Shown: piece by piece, positions 9,401 to 15,500 of the stretch | Numbering within the stretch: the first letter of the stretch is position 1 | How the letters are laid out: each line of letters starts with the position of its first letter | The notes under the pieces: generated by a model | The model's input: only the letters and a program-made list of their open reading frames with translations | What the model was told of the DNA's origin: nothing | Database searches by the model: none | IMG/VR virus record: IMGVR_UViG_3300030090_003678 | Location: 56,945 to 76,944 of that record | Length of the DNA: 20,000 nucleotides | Source: an uncultured virus (IMG/VR IMGVR_UViG_3300030090_003678) | Lineage: Duplodnaviria > Heunggongvirae > Uroviricota > Caudoviricetes | Strand: one strand, 5' to 3' | Position numbers and translations under genes: made by a program

Positions 9401-10692
9401 TGAGTGTGGTGAAATCTAACTTCACAATCATATTGATTTAATGCGGGAAACTTTGTAGGAGTCCCATTGCTTGTTGTTGGTCTCTTAAGACATGCTGGTT
9501 CTATGAGCTGATCTCTAACTGTAGGCTCACCATCTTTAGGAGAATAACAAAGACCTCTTAAGGTACATTCTTCTTTATCATCAAGAAGCCAAGTTGCACC
9601 AGAACTTTCACAAGTAGATTCATCTTTATCAGGGTTAGTACAAAAGGCTTCAACTTCAGTAGCATCAAATGGATGTCTACACCAAGGCTCTTTCTTTAAA
9701 GGTACAGCCCCATCTTCAAAGCAAGCGCTTTCTTTATTTGCTCCAGATCCATGGACTGCATTGTAAGAGCTATGAGCATAATACCCTTCAGGAGTAACGA
9801 ATATTCTACGTTCTCTTGCTTTTATATTTATTAGTGCGTCAGCTTTATTTTCAGAGAAGTGTGTTTTTTGTAGGTTTGTCCCTTTTAGGTCTACTAATCT
9901 TTGTCCAGCTCTGTCTTCTACATTGTTATTTGTGACATTTGGATCATTCTCACTCCAAAGACCATTTATATCTATACAGTCGTCTTCTGTAGTTATCCCA
10001 TAATTAGGGACTCCATTTACATCCCAGCAAATAGGTCTTTCTCCATCTCTGACGGATGAATTCAGCATGTCTGTTCCGCCACCGGGAAGCATTACGCCAT
10101 AGACTTCTGGTATCATCCAAGCATCAGCACCTCTTCTAGGCCAGTTATCTCCTTGTAGCGCTTTGTCGTAATCGAAATCATCTCTTACTTGAAATCCATC
10201 TCCTACTTGTTTATCAGAATCAAGTGTCACATATTTATTGTTTGCGTAATGGCACTCAGAAGGTTTGCCATTAGGAAGAGTAGTTACCTTACATGGATCA
10301 CAAGCATAACTTAATGTATCAGTCGCTGTTTGACTACAACATCTGCTACCTCTCCAAGCGCCATTAGAATATTTAAGATGGTAGGTTTCTCCTGCTCCAC
10401 CTTCTATTCCTGCACGAGCTTGATATCTTCCATCAGGAGTTCTAATAATAGTAACAGCTATTTCTGGAGGTAGCTGACATTTTGCTCCAGCTAGGTTGTC
10501 GCAATAAGTGTCTATACAGCCACAGCCCTCAGTGCAAAAACGACCGCCTCTCCTATCTTTCAAAGATAGAGGGTCGTCCTGAGCTGTATCATCAGAAGCG
10601 TCTGGCCACCAAGATTTCTTGCCAGTTCTTTGATTTCTTAGGTTTGGATAATAGGGATTATAGGAGGAATCCCAAGGATCACCAATTGCCAT
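418..10692 (-). CDS. Giant (3424 aa) cysteine-rich, acidic putative virion appendage/tail-fibre-like protein with two interrupted E1-FCCH-like domains and many nested two-Cys modules
   Basis: 10.3-kb uninterrupted ORF. The ATG overlaps the upstream TAA (TAATG, 10690-10694), with AGGA 5 nt upstream; TAG stop at 418-420. No signal peptide or obvious TM segment. Lies downstream of the hub-like gene. The ORF is secure; the product is inferred. Confidence 0.9.
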   Translation of the reverse strand: MAIGDPWDSSYNPYYPNLRNQRTGKKSWWPDASDDTAQDDPLSLKDRRGGRFCTEGCGCIDTYCDNLAGAKCQLPPEIAVTIIRTPDGRYQARAGIEGGAGETYHLKYSNGAWRGSRCCSQTATDTLSYACDPCKVTTLPNGKPSECHYANNKYVTLDSDKQVGDGFQVRDDFDYDKALQGDNWPRRGADAWMIPEVYGVMLPGGGTDMLNSSVRDGERPICWDVNGVPNYGITTEDDCIDINGLWSENDPNVTNNNVEDRAGQRLVDLKGTNLQKTHFSENKADALINIKARERRIFVTPEGYYAHSSYNAVHGSGANKESACFEDGAVPLKKEPWCRHPFDATEVEAFCTNPDKDESTCESSGATWLLDDKEECTLRGLCYSPKDGEPTVRDQLIEPACLKRPTTSNGTPTKFPALNQYDCEVRFHHTHDWHYETQENCVLYSGEEVYAGCYSGAFGDVWEGDVATEEECLEIDERIWKHPNVFIPYDFVDWEYERQSCCGQTLLDEDHPFHTPQISGGAANTRKNTVCITPYSEVILSPSTITGSNAPQTGAEGTCTSVGNQNDRVLFHLDGESYWTLTIRPCNFWGACLEKGVPRPDPYDIKGQQDNYFDTTCGEEVMLFLPVDQFMNCSNFNLTLGKESQLRSGWPESQPLWDPKMGDQMGNPVNELFQKGAGGSAPPLAMKGPIGYFPGDAIEGIQHQHWCAYPDANYDGIADGGKDQCQAYHYYNSNKGEYFGELMNAKGADAFYGFNIQPQPFKATEEKQNRAKGPDQAAAHHKYWQACTAYVLGHMAGGGTWFWNYGPDYFMYYDFMAWDEMTTGPGPIAVKKYDGFCNEVATKAKKYVDDHVGFLRRGDCGYGNGAMWVGWVPFDGWTNNLSCPECEEQTKASCGKTGSCVAADGSFEHATPEDCAASGGDFNICCEWFEGCDRRKLVNFKDVVEKQATPIWEEAKTEAECVKPMDEGGAEGNWNDGCSPAGIALAENQECPQVQPVPEAFVDIVLGKKLGQCLLEDGTLIQDYETEEACNGRDGDNTWTGASVGGSDSSYPLRELEGIIKARPSGPSTSGLVDTSSIKKGFSDKVGGGYSRRILGSEGNDIGNSMSYWHDTGLFPKGEMASYVNDHCLGIKQHKRIQYASNEKPIKITSRNHLLKDGDLVHTYNVMGNFAANVMYQKDWQEMQWEDKLYSPCDGPNCENLVWPDSICPYTSACLDDSQGKCIRLSDDSEVDLEKKDCLGPVYKWDASTDAGSKLECEYGKCSKKREDGTVCDRKTDCEADADICKMQDDDGNCPSGFTVDQDKAPGEECGCVKDDADGPPGCGGVWEGGGGTWELSCDSKYYACSGEIINGEIPPPADFFVIKNVTLDTFDLYTCDKYPVDGRIINKANIDTTECVEEVEEGCIMNYRLGMGAAEAPEQVNWITKKLAENKGIPSQEPAQFRCLDTYTGKLSFQNNGKSTHIPTGDTITNSEASGAPIDEEHTCYKTQSDGGKACAEADCDALGICFNTIDKTGALDENGNPKSKADCTDFAERWTTSWRNYDTFEDDEKTADNEAEINCALYGTCTVVLGYESNANAFMKKEDCDALAQVYTMYDPSVDVDHKNQLYVNRCQDADAKLLNDKDLHSGTTEEQKEACESKGKCYDYDGDVVGGINNKSDCEESGFEFKGATFIEGRYADCVDLNNDDPFKTCWSQAWYGDLGILDLGSELTSGKGKPSVGVYKTCPFTGEFDYWGHHEDIGVEGGYIGHYEDDEIDSLYRFGFGGPGYKWEERANDYYVQIEQKGICPVCCDHFMPNKLVATVTGQSSEILDYIGCGMDECEAPTADDSQSFNAAKALKNEGYCCSDTFHPCDLRDLPECEDEFRRHIADPNNVDITFGTCTEDGGRIKTLKWRKKGCDGKDETFTPLTHSGGVSECNMFLRKRPTMGGGTNCRKCSSVYTSRSKTKTVSQTGNTQVQYIGVDKDGKETDCCADAYCEALVSDNNNDIIGNCSHPYLPCKEAKSCSGIEEKNCGDQNVGEVVQITSALTATCTKVSDAPESAYIWAFDPCSCYPNFVEMKYEPEVVEDIGDGTCHVNGNGDEGYDNDAYTGCYGLHIQTEADETCVDHTNSHEPVDETCPGLQSLDVPMEYDGVVWRSEWTLMNTVGTHQCDLGLHRFKWPSACQPTGPNLDFSPYTSFKAGDELVAINADCNACDMPQYGGMNGGVRVDGLSSDLVFRNARPPSLPQDGHFIRLVMGCGNSIPSMAAYNSGDIVDGGFGPNGGDNYRQNGLEIWAEITNCTFTSFLGSESLRVDNVTDGVTGVPPCDTGGLIGCLPKRLITGDSWRKTGKPSALERRYTFAGRCISKNDCGPSGACVDTECCTYTGIDYPFRTGGGSPPIRAPLWSGGVACSTGGDISHRCQSYGFDPIPNKPAEQFTVRYVKDVDPETGEATLVIPAYPPTFGGRHCAYEKGTPIGIGLAELQQAETDTFGSYSRSNKSRNPYLPAGGTILYTDIPRGDNIPDKDGDAGRGSGQYMEIRVADVSKLITKNPRKNRHLRIYDRTRTQNGNPVSATTFDYMNMKQNLELPQPYGLNPWPVDHQTHSSLSRHMSMWPKGVPMGPSNVESLRTDPTGSITQPGRIGPKPTVDNLNRMFRYKEVDTGGGMTTPIPEILPVEPVMINAFENIYSDEDYFCTNNTYKNNSTCVGNGHLWIPHFSHTEVATHYDHDLADAEKVVISGSVVYPATCKGTRMGYCVDDRYGMNVSRMDINECSEGACVDVATNTGITDSNGDPITDKNECDRVGFGGIPNPVTPGGLAEFQTNGEWVQLYEDTGDPESPLGMDGDKFLCERIFGGDWVIGRRNDEKDGYKYKDPLNLKPLEISGGQKTGDAKDFFVEGCPVGCQINGFYLQDPCQPPSKTNPLGQCFECVEIKYEDDSGNEQREMRCPRGPADGSYVVRKRGCQNAKYDNKEDCKENGWHWWEPVTAATRFALHDELELVVHDASQLRSNLEANKPAPRFGKASDWEYDPSQKLKTVTKDAGFFGEGEKITEGGLASRLGSCEFPQGTKWEDTNGEVTDPPSEVDTKAGCEQHFCTLYEIDNETACTSRGYDWVKGVWINTCGSVRDVTYSSVFDTCVDLNTLDQQFPFYFPADDSYVPDDSQESLEMARLCDMSDSCESIRPYKECRDVSDDQAGTCIYLVDGNEVTESVTASECGPTGVFIGPVIQKTKKECGEAGLTLGASIDTQIINEFVCIDSSGNTLNVRTPAECTKIVKGTVKYLGKPVANSADDRKLNLITQKEKFLELSSPEAMLMGHEVGIGLAPRNFKGVIYAPQAENEKFNEYADPHWRAVWSRHGGAFDIIIGYPPPVNNCRQGNSNKPVNMDFYLGFDQICCNERGPLNFHQCEEKCWTHYLGPHFEDMELRYGTHGDSIMHVNIHE
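1765..2706 (-). other. E1-FCCH-like beta domain 2, split by three Cys-rich insertions
   Basis: The segments INAFEN / HTEVATHYDHDLADAEKVVISGS / ADGSYVVRK / VTAATRFAL occur in canonical order, separated by inserts at 2667-2608, about 2514-1897 and 1860-1801. Confidence 0.55.
6571..7284 (-). other. E1-FCCH-like beta domain 1, split by a 185-aa Cys-rich insertion
   Basis: The N-half IQYASNEKPIKITSRNHLLKDGDLVHTYNVMGNFAAN (7284-7174) and C-half DFFVIKNVTLDTFDLY (6618-6571) join into the familiar I..ASN..PI.IT...HGL..GD.V.I..V.GN..ANG.F.I..VT.DTF.L pattern of FCCH-like domains (Pfam E1_FCCH-like) in phage proteins. Confidence 0.7.
6958..7035 (-). repeat. 26-codon module, copy A (GKCIRLSDDSEVDLEKKDCLGPVYKW) in the 3424-aa gene
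   Basis: Ungapped 18/26 aa and 54/78 nt identity (hand count) to 15857-15934. Confidence 0.85.
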
Positions 10693-10701
10693 TATATTCC
10701 T
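10690..10701 (-). promoter_or_regulatory. TAATG stop/start overlap with upstream AGGA (translational coupling)
   Basis: The minus strand reads CAGGAATATAATG: AGGA at 10701-10698, TAA at 10694-10692, ATG at 10692-10690. Confidence 0.65.
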
Positions 10702-12506
10702 GCCGTCTCTGGATAATCATCATCTGGGCCACAATCTTCAGCAGTAGCAAATCCTTGAGCAAAGAATTTTTTACTGCAAGCAGCCATTTCCCCTCTATCA
10801 CAACCAGCATGTGTAATAATTTCCATACCGTAAAATTCACCCTGTAGTATCACATGAACGGGTATAGTTTCTTTTACTTTAATTTTAGTACCAGCTGTTT
10901 GTCCACATCCCGGATCTTTCATTCTCTCATATTCGTATGTTATTCTTCTACCAGTATCATAACTAAAAAACGCATCTCCTACCATCAAACCTTGACCTAA
11001 AGGATTCTCAATGAATATCTTTTCATACATTAGGTTTTTAGCTTGCTGACTCCATTCTTTATCTATAGCAATCTTTTCATTAATAAACTCATCTTCTCCA
11101 AAGTAGCTTGAACCCCATCCATGACATGGATTTCCAGCTCTTCTAGCTCCGGGCGCTCCACCCTGAACCTTTCTGAATTTGTCTGTACATTCAGTTAGTT
11201 GATTTGGTTTACCAACAATCTCATCTACTGGACGCAATATAATTGCATCATAAAATGGAGAACAACCATCTTTAAAATCTGCACAAGCAGTCAGATGTCC
11301 TAAAGTTCTACATCTACCACACCAATTATGATCTTCTGGGTCATATATTTCTATATCAGGATAATAGATACTAGTTGGAAAGTATGAAGTATATGTACAA
11401 TCATGAGTTGGACATGGGTTTCTATATAGTCTTCCCGGTGCATTTACATTTCCGCCTACACCAAAGTTGAATGAATTATTCCCATCTATACCAGCTTTTG
11501 GCAATATACATTTTGCAGCTTTTGATAAATAAATACCATTGTGTTTACCACCCACCCAAACTTTTCTATTTGGATCCCATCTTAGGTCTACTGGTCCAAC
11601 CTTCCATCTATCACTTCTTCGCATATGATGAGGAAGAAAATGTTTGTGGTCTCTTCTTGCACCAGACTCTGACTTCGCTTGCAAAGCTGGAGGATAGTAC
11701 CTTGTTCTTCCGTAGTTTGCAGAGTTCTCATCGTTGTATTTATAGTCCGCATCATCTCTTAGGTTAGGAACAGGTTTTCCATAAATGTCATAACCCCATC
11801 CGCCCATGACTAACGGGCCTCTTAGTCCAACTGGTCTAGCTGTCTCGACAGATTTTTCTGGAGCCGAAGTTAGCCTTGGTGCATCTTTAGAATAACCTCC
11901 TCCTTGAGCGATTTGAACTGGATCATTTATCTCTAGGTTTTTATTAAGTACATTAACATTGTGGCCAGAAGCAAATGGATTAAGAGAAACAGAAGTAATA
12001 AAAGGAGGAGCTGGAGCATTTGCTCCTAAAAGAGTTTCATTTCCAGCACCTTCCCATTCAACAGAATGCTCAACGATCCTATCACCAGATGCGTCTTCTC
12101 CTTTTGCTGTCGCATAAGGTCTTTCAAATGTAGGCATGGCTATGCCGTCATTCGGTCTGTTAGCTCCGGTCTCATGACCTCCATCGCTTTGAATTACAAA
12201 GTTGGTAGCGTAGGGGATAAACAAGCCATCCATTGACATTCCTGATGTCTTCTTGAATGTTTCATGGCTTTGGTTTTGGTTTTTTATAGCATACGCAGGC
12301 CCAGACACAGTCATTGCAGGGTTATCTATCATCCTCATATGGGTTTTCCCATAATCTGGATGATTATCCCAGCTCAAGACATTATTATTACCGTCTCTTA
12401 CTTCAAGAGGATTTGGCGCCCATGCAGAAGTAAGCATTAAGTGACTATAATTTTTTGTCTCTTCTTTCTTCTTTTCTTTATCGCTAACGTATTCTCTAAA
12501 TGCCAT
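10692..12506 (-). CDS. Hypothetical phage structural protein (604 aa), probable tail-tip/baseplate component with Cys-rich C-terminal third
   Basis: Long ORF in the operon. ATG 11 nt after the upstream TAA, with AGGT 6 nt upstream. It has a conserved-looking Gly/Trp/Pro core (RPVGLRGPLVMGGWGYDIYGKPVPN...WKVGPVDLRWDPNRKVW). All Cys residues lie C-terminal to this core. Confidence 0.88.
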   Translation of the reverse strand: MAFREYVSDKEKKKEETKNYSHLMLTSAWAPNPLEVRDGNNNVLSWDNHPDYGKTHMRMIDNPAMTVSGPAYAIKNQNQSHETFKKTSGMSMDGLFIPYATNFVIQSDGGHETGANRPNDGIAMPTFERPYATAKGEDASGDRIVEHSVEWEGAGNETLLGANAPAPPFITSVSLNPFASGHNVNVLNKNLEINDPVQIAQGGGYSKDAPRLTSAPEKSVETARPVGLRGPLVMGGWGYDIYGKPVPNLRDDADYKYNDENSANYGRTRYYPPALQAKSESGARRDHKHFLPHHMRRSDRWKVGPVDLRWDPNRKVWVGGKHNGIYLSKAAKCILPKAGIDGNNSFNFGVGGNVNAPGRLYRNPCPTHDCTYTSYFPTSIYYPDIEIYDPEDHNWCGRCRTLGHLTACADFKDGCSPFYDAIILRPVDEIVGKPNQLTECTDKFRKVQGGAPGARRAGNPCHGWGSSYFGEDEFINEKIAIDKEWSQQAKNLMYEKIFIENPLGQGLMVGDAFFSYDTGRRITYEYERMKDPGCGQTAGTKIKVKETIPVHVILQGEFYGMEIITHAGCDRGEMAACSKKFFAQGFATAEDCGPDDDYPETAGI

Positions 12507-12517
12507 TTTTCTACCTA
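12507..12517 (-). promoter_or_regulatory. 11-nt intergenic spacer with second stop codon and SD-like AGGT
   Basis: The minus strand reads TAATAGGTAGAAAAATG; AGGT is 6 nt upstream of the ATG at 12506. Confidence 0.5.
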
Positions 12518-15500
12518 TTAATCTTTCTGGTATTGACCTATTCCTCTTTTGACTCTTTCCATTTGCTCTTCTGCTCTAGAAAGTCTTTGCATTATGTCTG
12601 ACTGTGACTTTCTTATTCTGTCTTCATAAAGCTTTCCTAAGTCTCCGAACTTTCTTTGGGTAGAGAAGCTATAGCTAGTTGTCAATCCGTTACTTCCAAC
12701 TCTCAAACTCACATCAGTAATATAAGGACCTTTAATTTCCTCTCCACTACTGTCGAAATAAGTCAGTTGTGTTCCAAATGCATAAGCTGGTATTCCAACT
12801 AGTTCAATAGAACCTGTTTCTATAACTCTATTTTCGCTTTGGCCAATAACTGTTTCTATTCTAGACATTGCCACATCTCCCATTTGAGTTTCTCCACCAA
12901 ATGCGGCTGGGTGTAATCCATCGTCAGTAGAAAATTCAGTTTTTCCATATGCTTCAAGTCCAGCAGCCCAAGGACCCCATCTATAGTGTTTGCTTTGTTG
13001 TGGTATAGCAGCGTGCCAAGGTTTATATGCAGCAGCAACAAAAGAGCCTTTTCCCATATCAGGGCCTAAGTTAGGCGCATACTTGCTTCTAGCTTGCATA
13101 GCTATCAGTTGTTGTGCTGTAACTCCTTGAGGTAATAAACCATTCAACCAAGCCCCTAATAAGAAGTTTGAGTTTCCTCCTTTAGTAAGAGGAAGACACA
13201 TTTCATTTTTATTACCTCCGCAAGAATTCATTAATGGATGAGCCATATCAATATCTGGATAAAATGCTCGATTTGCTAGAGTCACTAGTGCATAAGGTTT
13301 ATATGCAGCAAATTCATTGGTCTGCTCACTACCTGTGTTATCTATCTCGTTTTCTCTGATATATACAGGACGCGTTTTTAATTCTGTTTGTGTACCATCA
13401 ATTTCACTGCCTATTTTTAAATACTCTTCGGATGCGGCATGGTCGATGCTACTTCCATCTACCTTAGCGTCATCTCCACATCTATAACGGAAATATTGCT
13501 CTTCATGATGAATCTCCCAGTCTGGTCTTTCTTTTAGCCAGTGTGTTTTTGCATCAACTTCAGCAGCCACAAATACCTTTTTTCCCCAATTATCATCAGG
13601 GCCAACTTTGCTTACAGGTTCTACATGCATGGTTTCTGCATCAAAATCTCTGAAGTCTAATATCTTAGAGTCTTGTGTTGCTCGCCTATAATCTTTTTCT
13701 GGGAATATAACAAAGGACTTTAGATTTCCTTCTTCCGTCCAGAAATTCATATTCTGAGGATATCCAGTATTGGCATTTTTAGAGTCTGGTGTACCAAAGT
13801 TAAACTCAATATCTCCACCGGGCCAAGCTCCATTAGTTGCTATTTCCCATCTGTTAATTTCCTGTATTGGTTCGATCCATTTTTCTCTAGCAATTATTTC
13901 GCATGTGTATTTGTCTGGACTCACTCCATCAGTACAGCGACCAATGCCTTGTTTAGCAAACCATTCACTTAATAAACCATGGACACCCCAATCGAATCCA
14001 GCATCTTCACATTGAGTTTGATCCTCGTATTTGGGATTTGTGCAATGTACTGTAGAAGGTGGATTAAAAGGTAAAGGCACTAGATACTTCTTGCCATAGA
14101 AGTTGTCTGCAACATCTTTTATCTTTTTATAAACCATCTCAATTTCCATTGACGTTGCTTGGAACAATGTCAAAGAAGTTGTTCTTGGCTTATCTCCACA
14201 AACAAAACCAGAAATGCTTTGCGCCTCTTCAGTGTCGGCATTGCTTTCGTCAGTAATACCAGTAGAAGCCATCGGTGGAGGACTTGAGTTACCCCAAGCA
14301 ACTAATACTTTTGCTGCTTCAAGAGTTGTTTGACTTTTACCTCCATGAATTACTACTTCATCTTTAGCTGGACATAAGTCACCCCAAGCATTTGATGGCT
14401 CAGGTGTTTTTTCATAAAACCAACAAGGCATGTATGGCTGTAGGGTTTTTACAAAAATCTTCCAAGAATCTATACTCTGAGCTGCATGTCTGAGTTCAGT
14501 CACAGTTGCATAATAAAACTCATCATATCTTTTTGCAGGGTCATTTATAGAAGATTTAGGGCCTCCTTTATATGGAGTATTCCCTAAATCAATAGGTATA
14601 GTTGACGTTCTACATACAAGAGGAAGGCCAATACCAGTATTCAAATCGACTGGCTTGTAATGCACTTCGTTTTGGCTACCGCCATTATCTTGATCGTAAC
14701 AGTCTCTTTCTGTTTCTATGTCCTCATTGTTTGGTGGATCTTTTGGGTCTTGTTTTTCTCCATCACTATCACGAACTTGCCTACACACACCCTTTAGCCT
14801 AATTCTAGGTTGTGTATATCCGGGAGCTGGATTGTCTTTTGACTCAATTACCCTACCAGTAAAGTCATCAGTAAACTGAGGGCCATAATCAAAAGTGCTA
14901 ACAAGCGTCCACTCTGCTTTTCCGGGATATTTTGTTTTGCAATCTCTTGGTGTAGCAGCATCAGTCCAATCGCCTTTATGAAATAAAACCTTTCCTTTAT
15001 CGTTTTCTATGTCTTCAGTGGCTTCACACCTACTATCAAATGGATTTCTATATGATACCGCTTTACATCCGGGACTATATAAACTTCCTCCACTTTCAAA
15101 TTGGTTCATATCTGCTGGATCAAATCCAGAAGGAAGAGCATCTCCATTAGCATCTATTTCAAAGGAAGATCTAGCTTCAGGAGTTGCAAGAAGATTTCCA
15201 CTGTCTGTACAGTCTGCTGGACTTCCAACGAACTTAATAAACCCACTTTCAGTGTTAACTTCCCATTTAGGATCATTGAATGTAGCAGCTTCTCCAGCTT
15301 TCTTTTCAAACCCTCCTTCTTTGAAGTCTTTCGCATAGTAGGCTACTATAGCACTTCCTTGAGGGTCTCCGTTTCCGTCTTCTGCAAAACAAGCGTGTTG
15401 ACAAGCCCATGCATTTTCACCAACATTATTTTCAGGACCAACAATATCTTCATGCATCTTAGAAGATATATCTACATTGTTCTTATCTCTACACGCACCC

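Noticed and set aside
418..10692. Eukaryotic Cys-rich surface protein (EGF, furin-like, Giardia VSP) or eukaryotic origin of the DNA
   Set aside because: There is no signal peptide, TM anchor or intron, the Cys spacing does not fit EGF or CxxC repeats, and the genes overlap in operon style.
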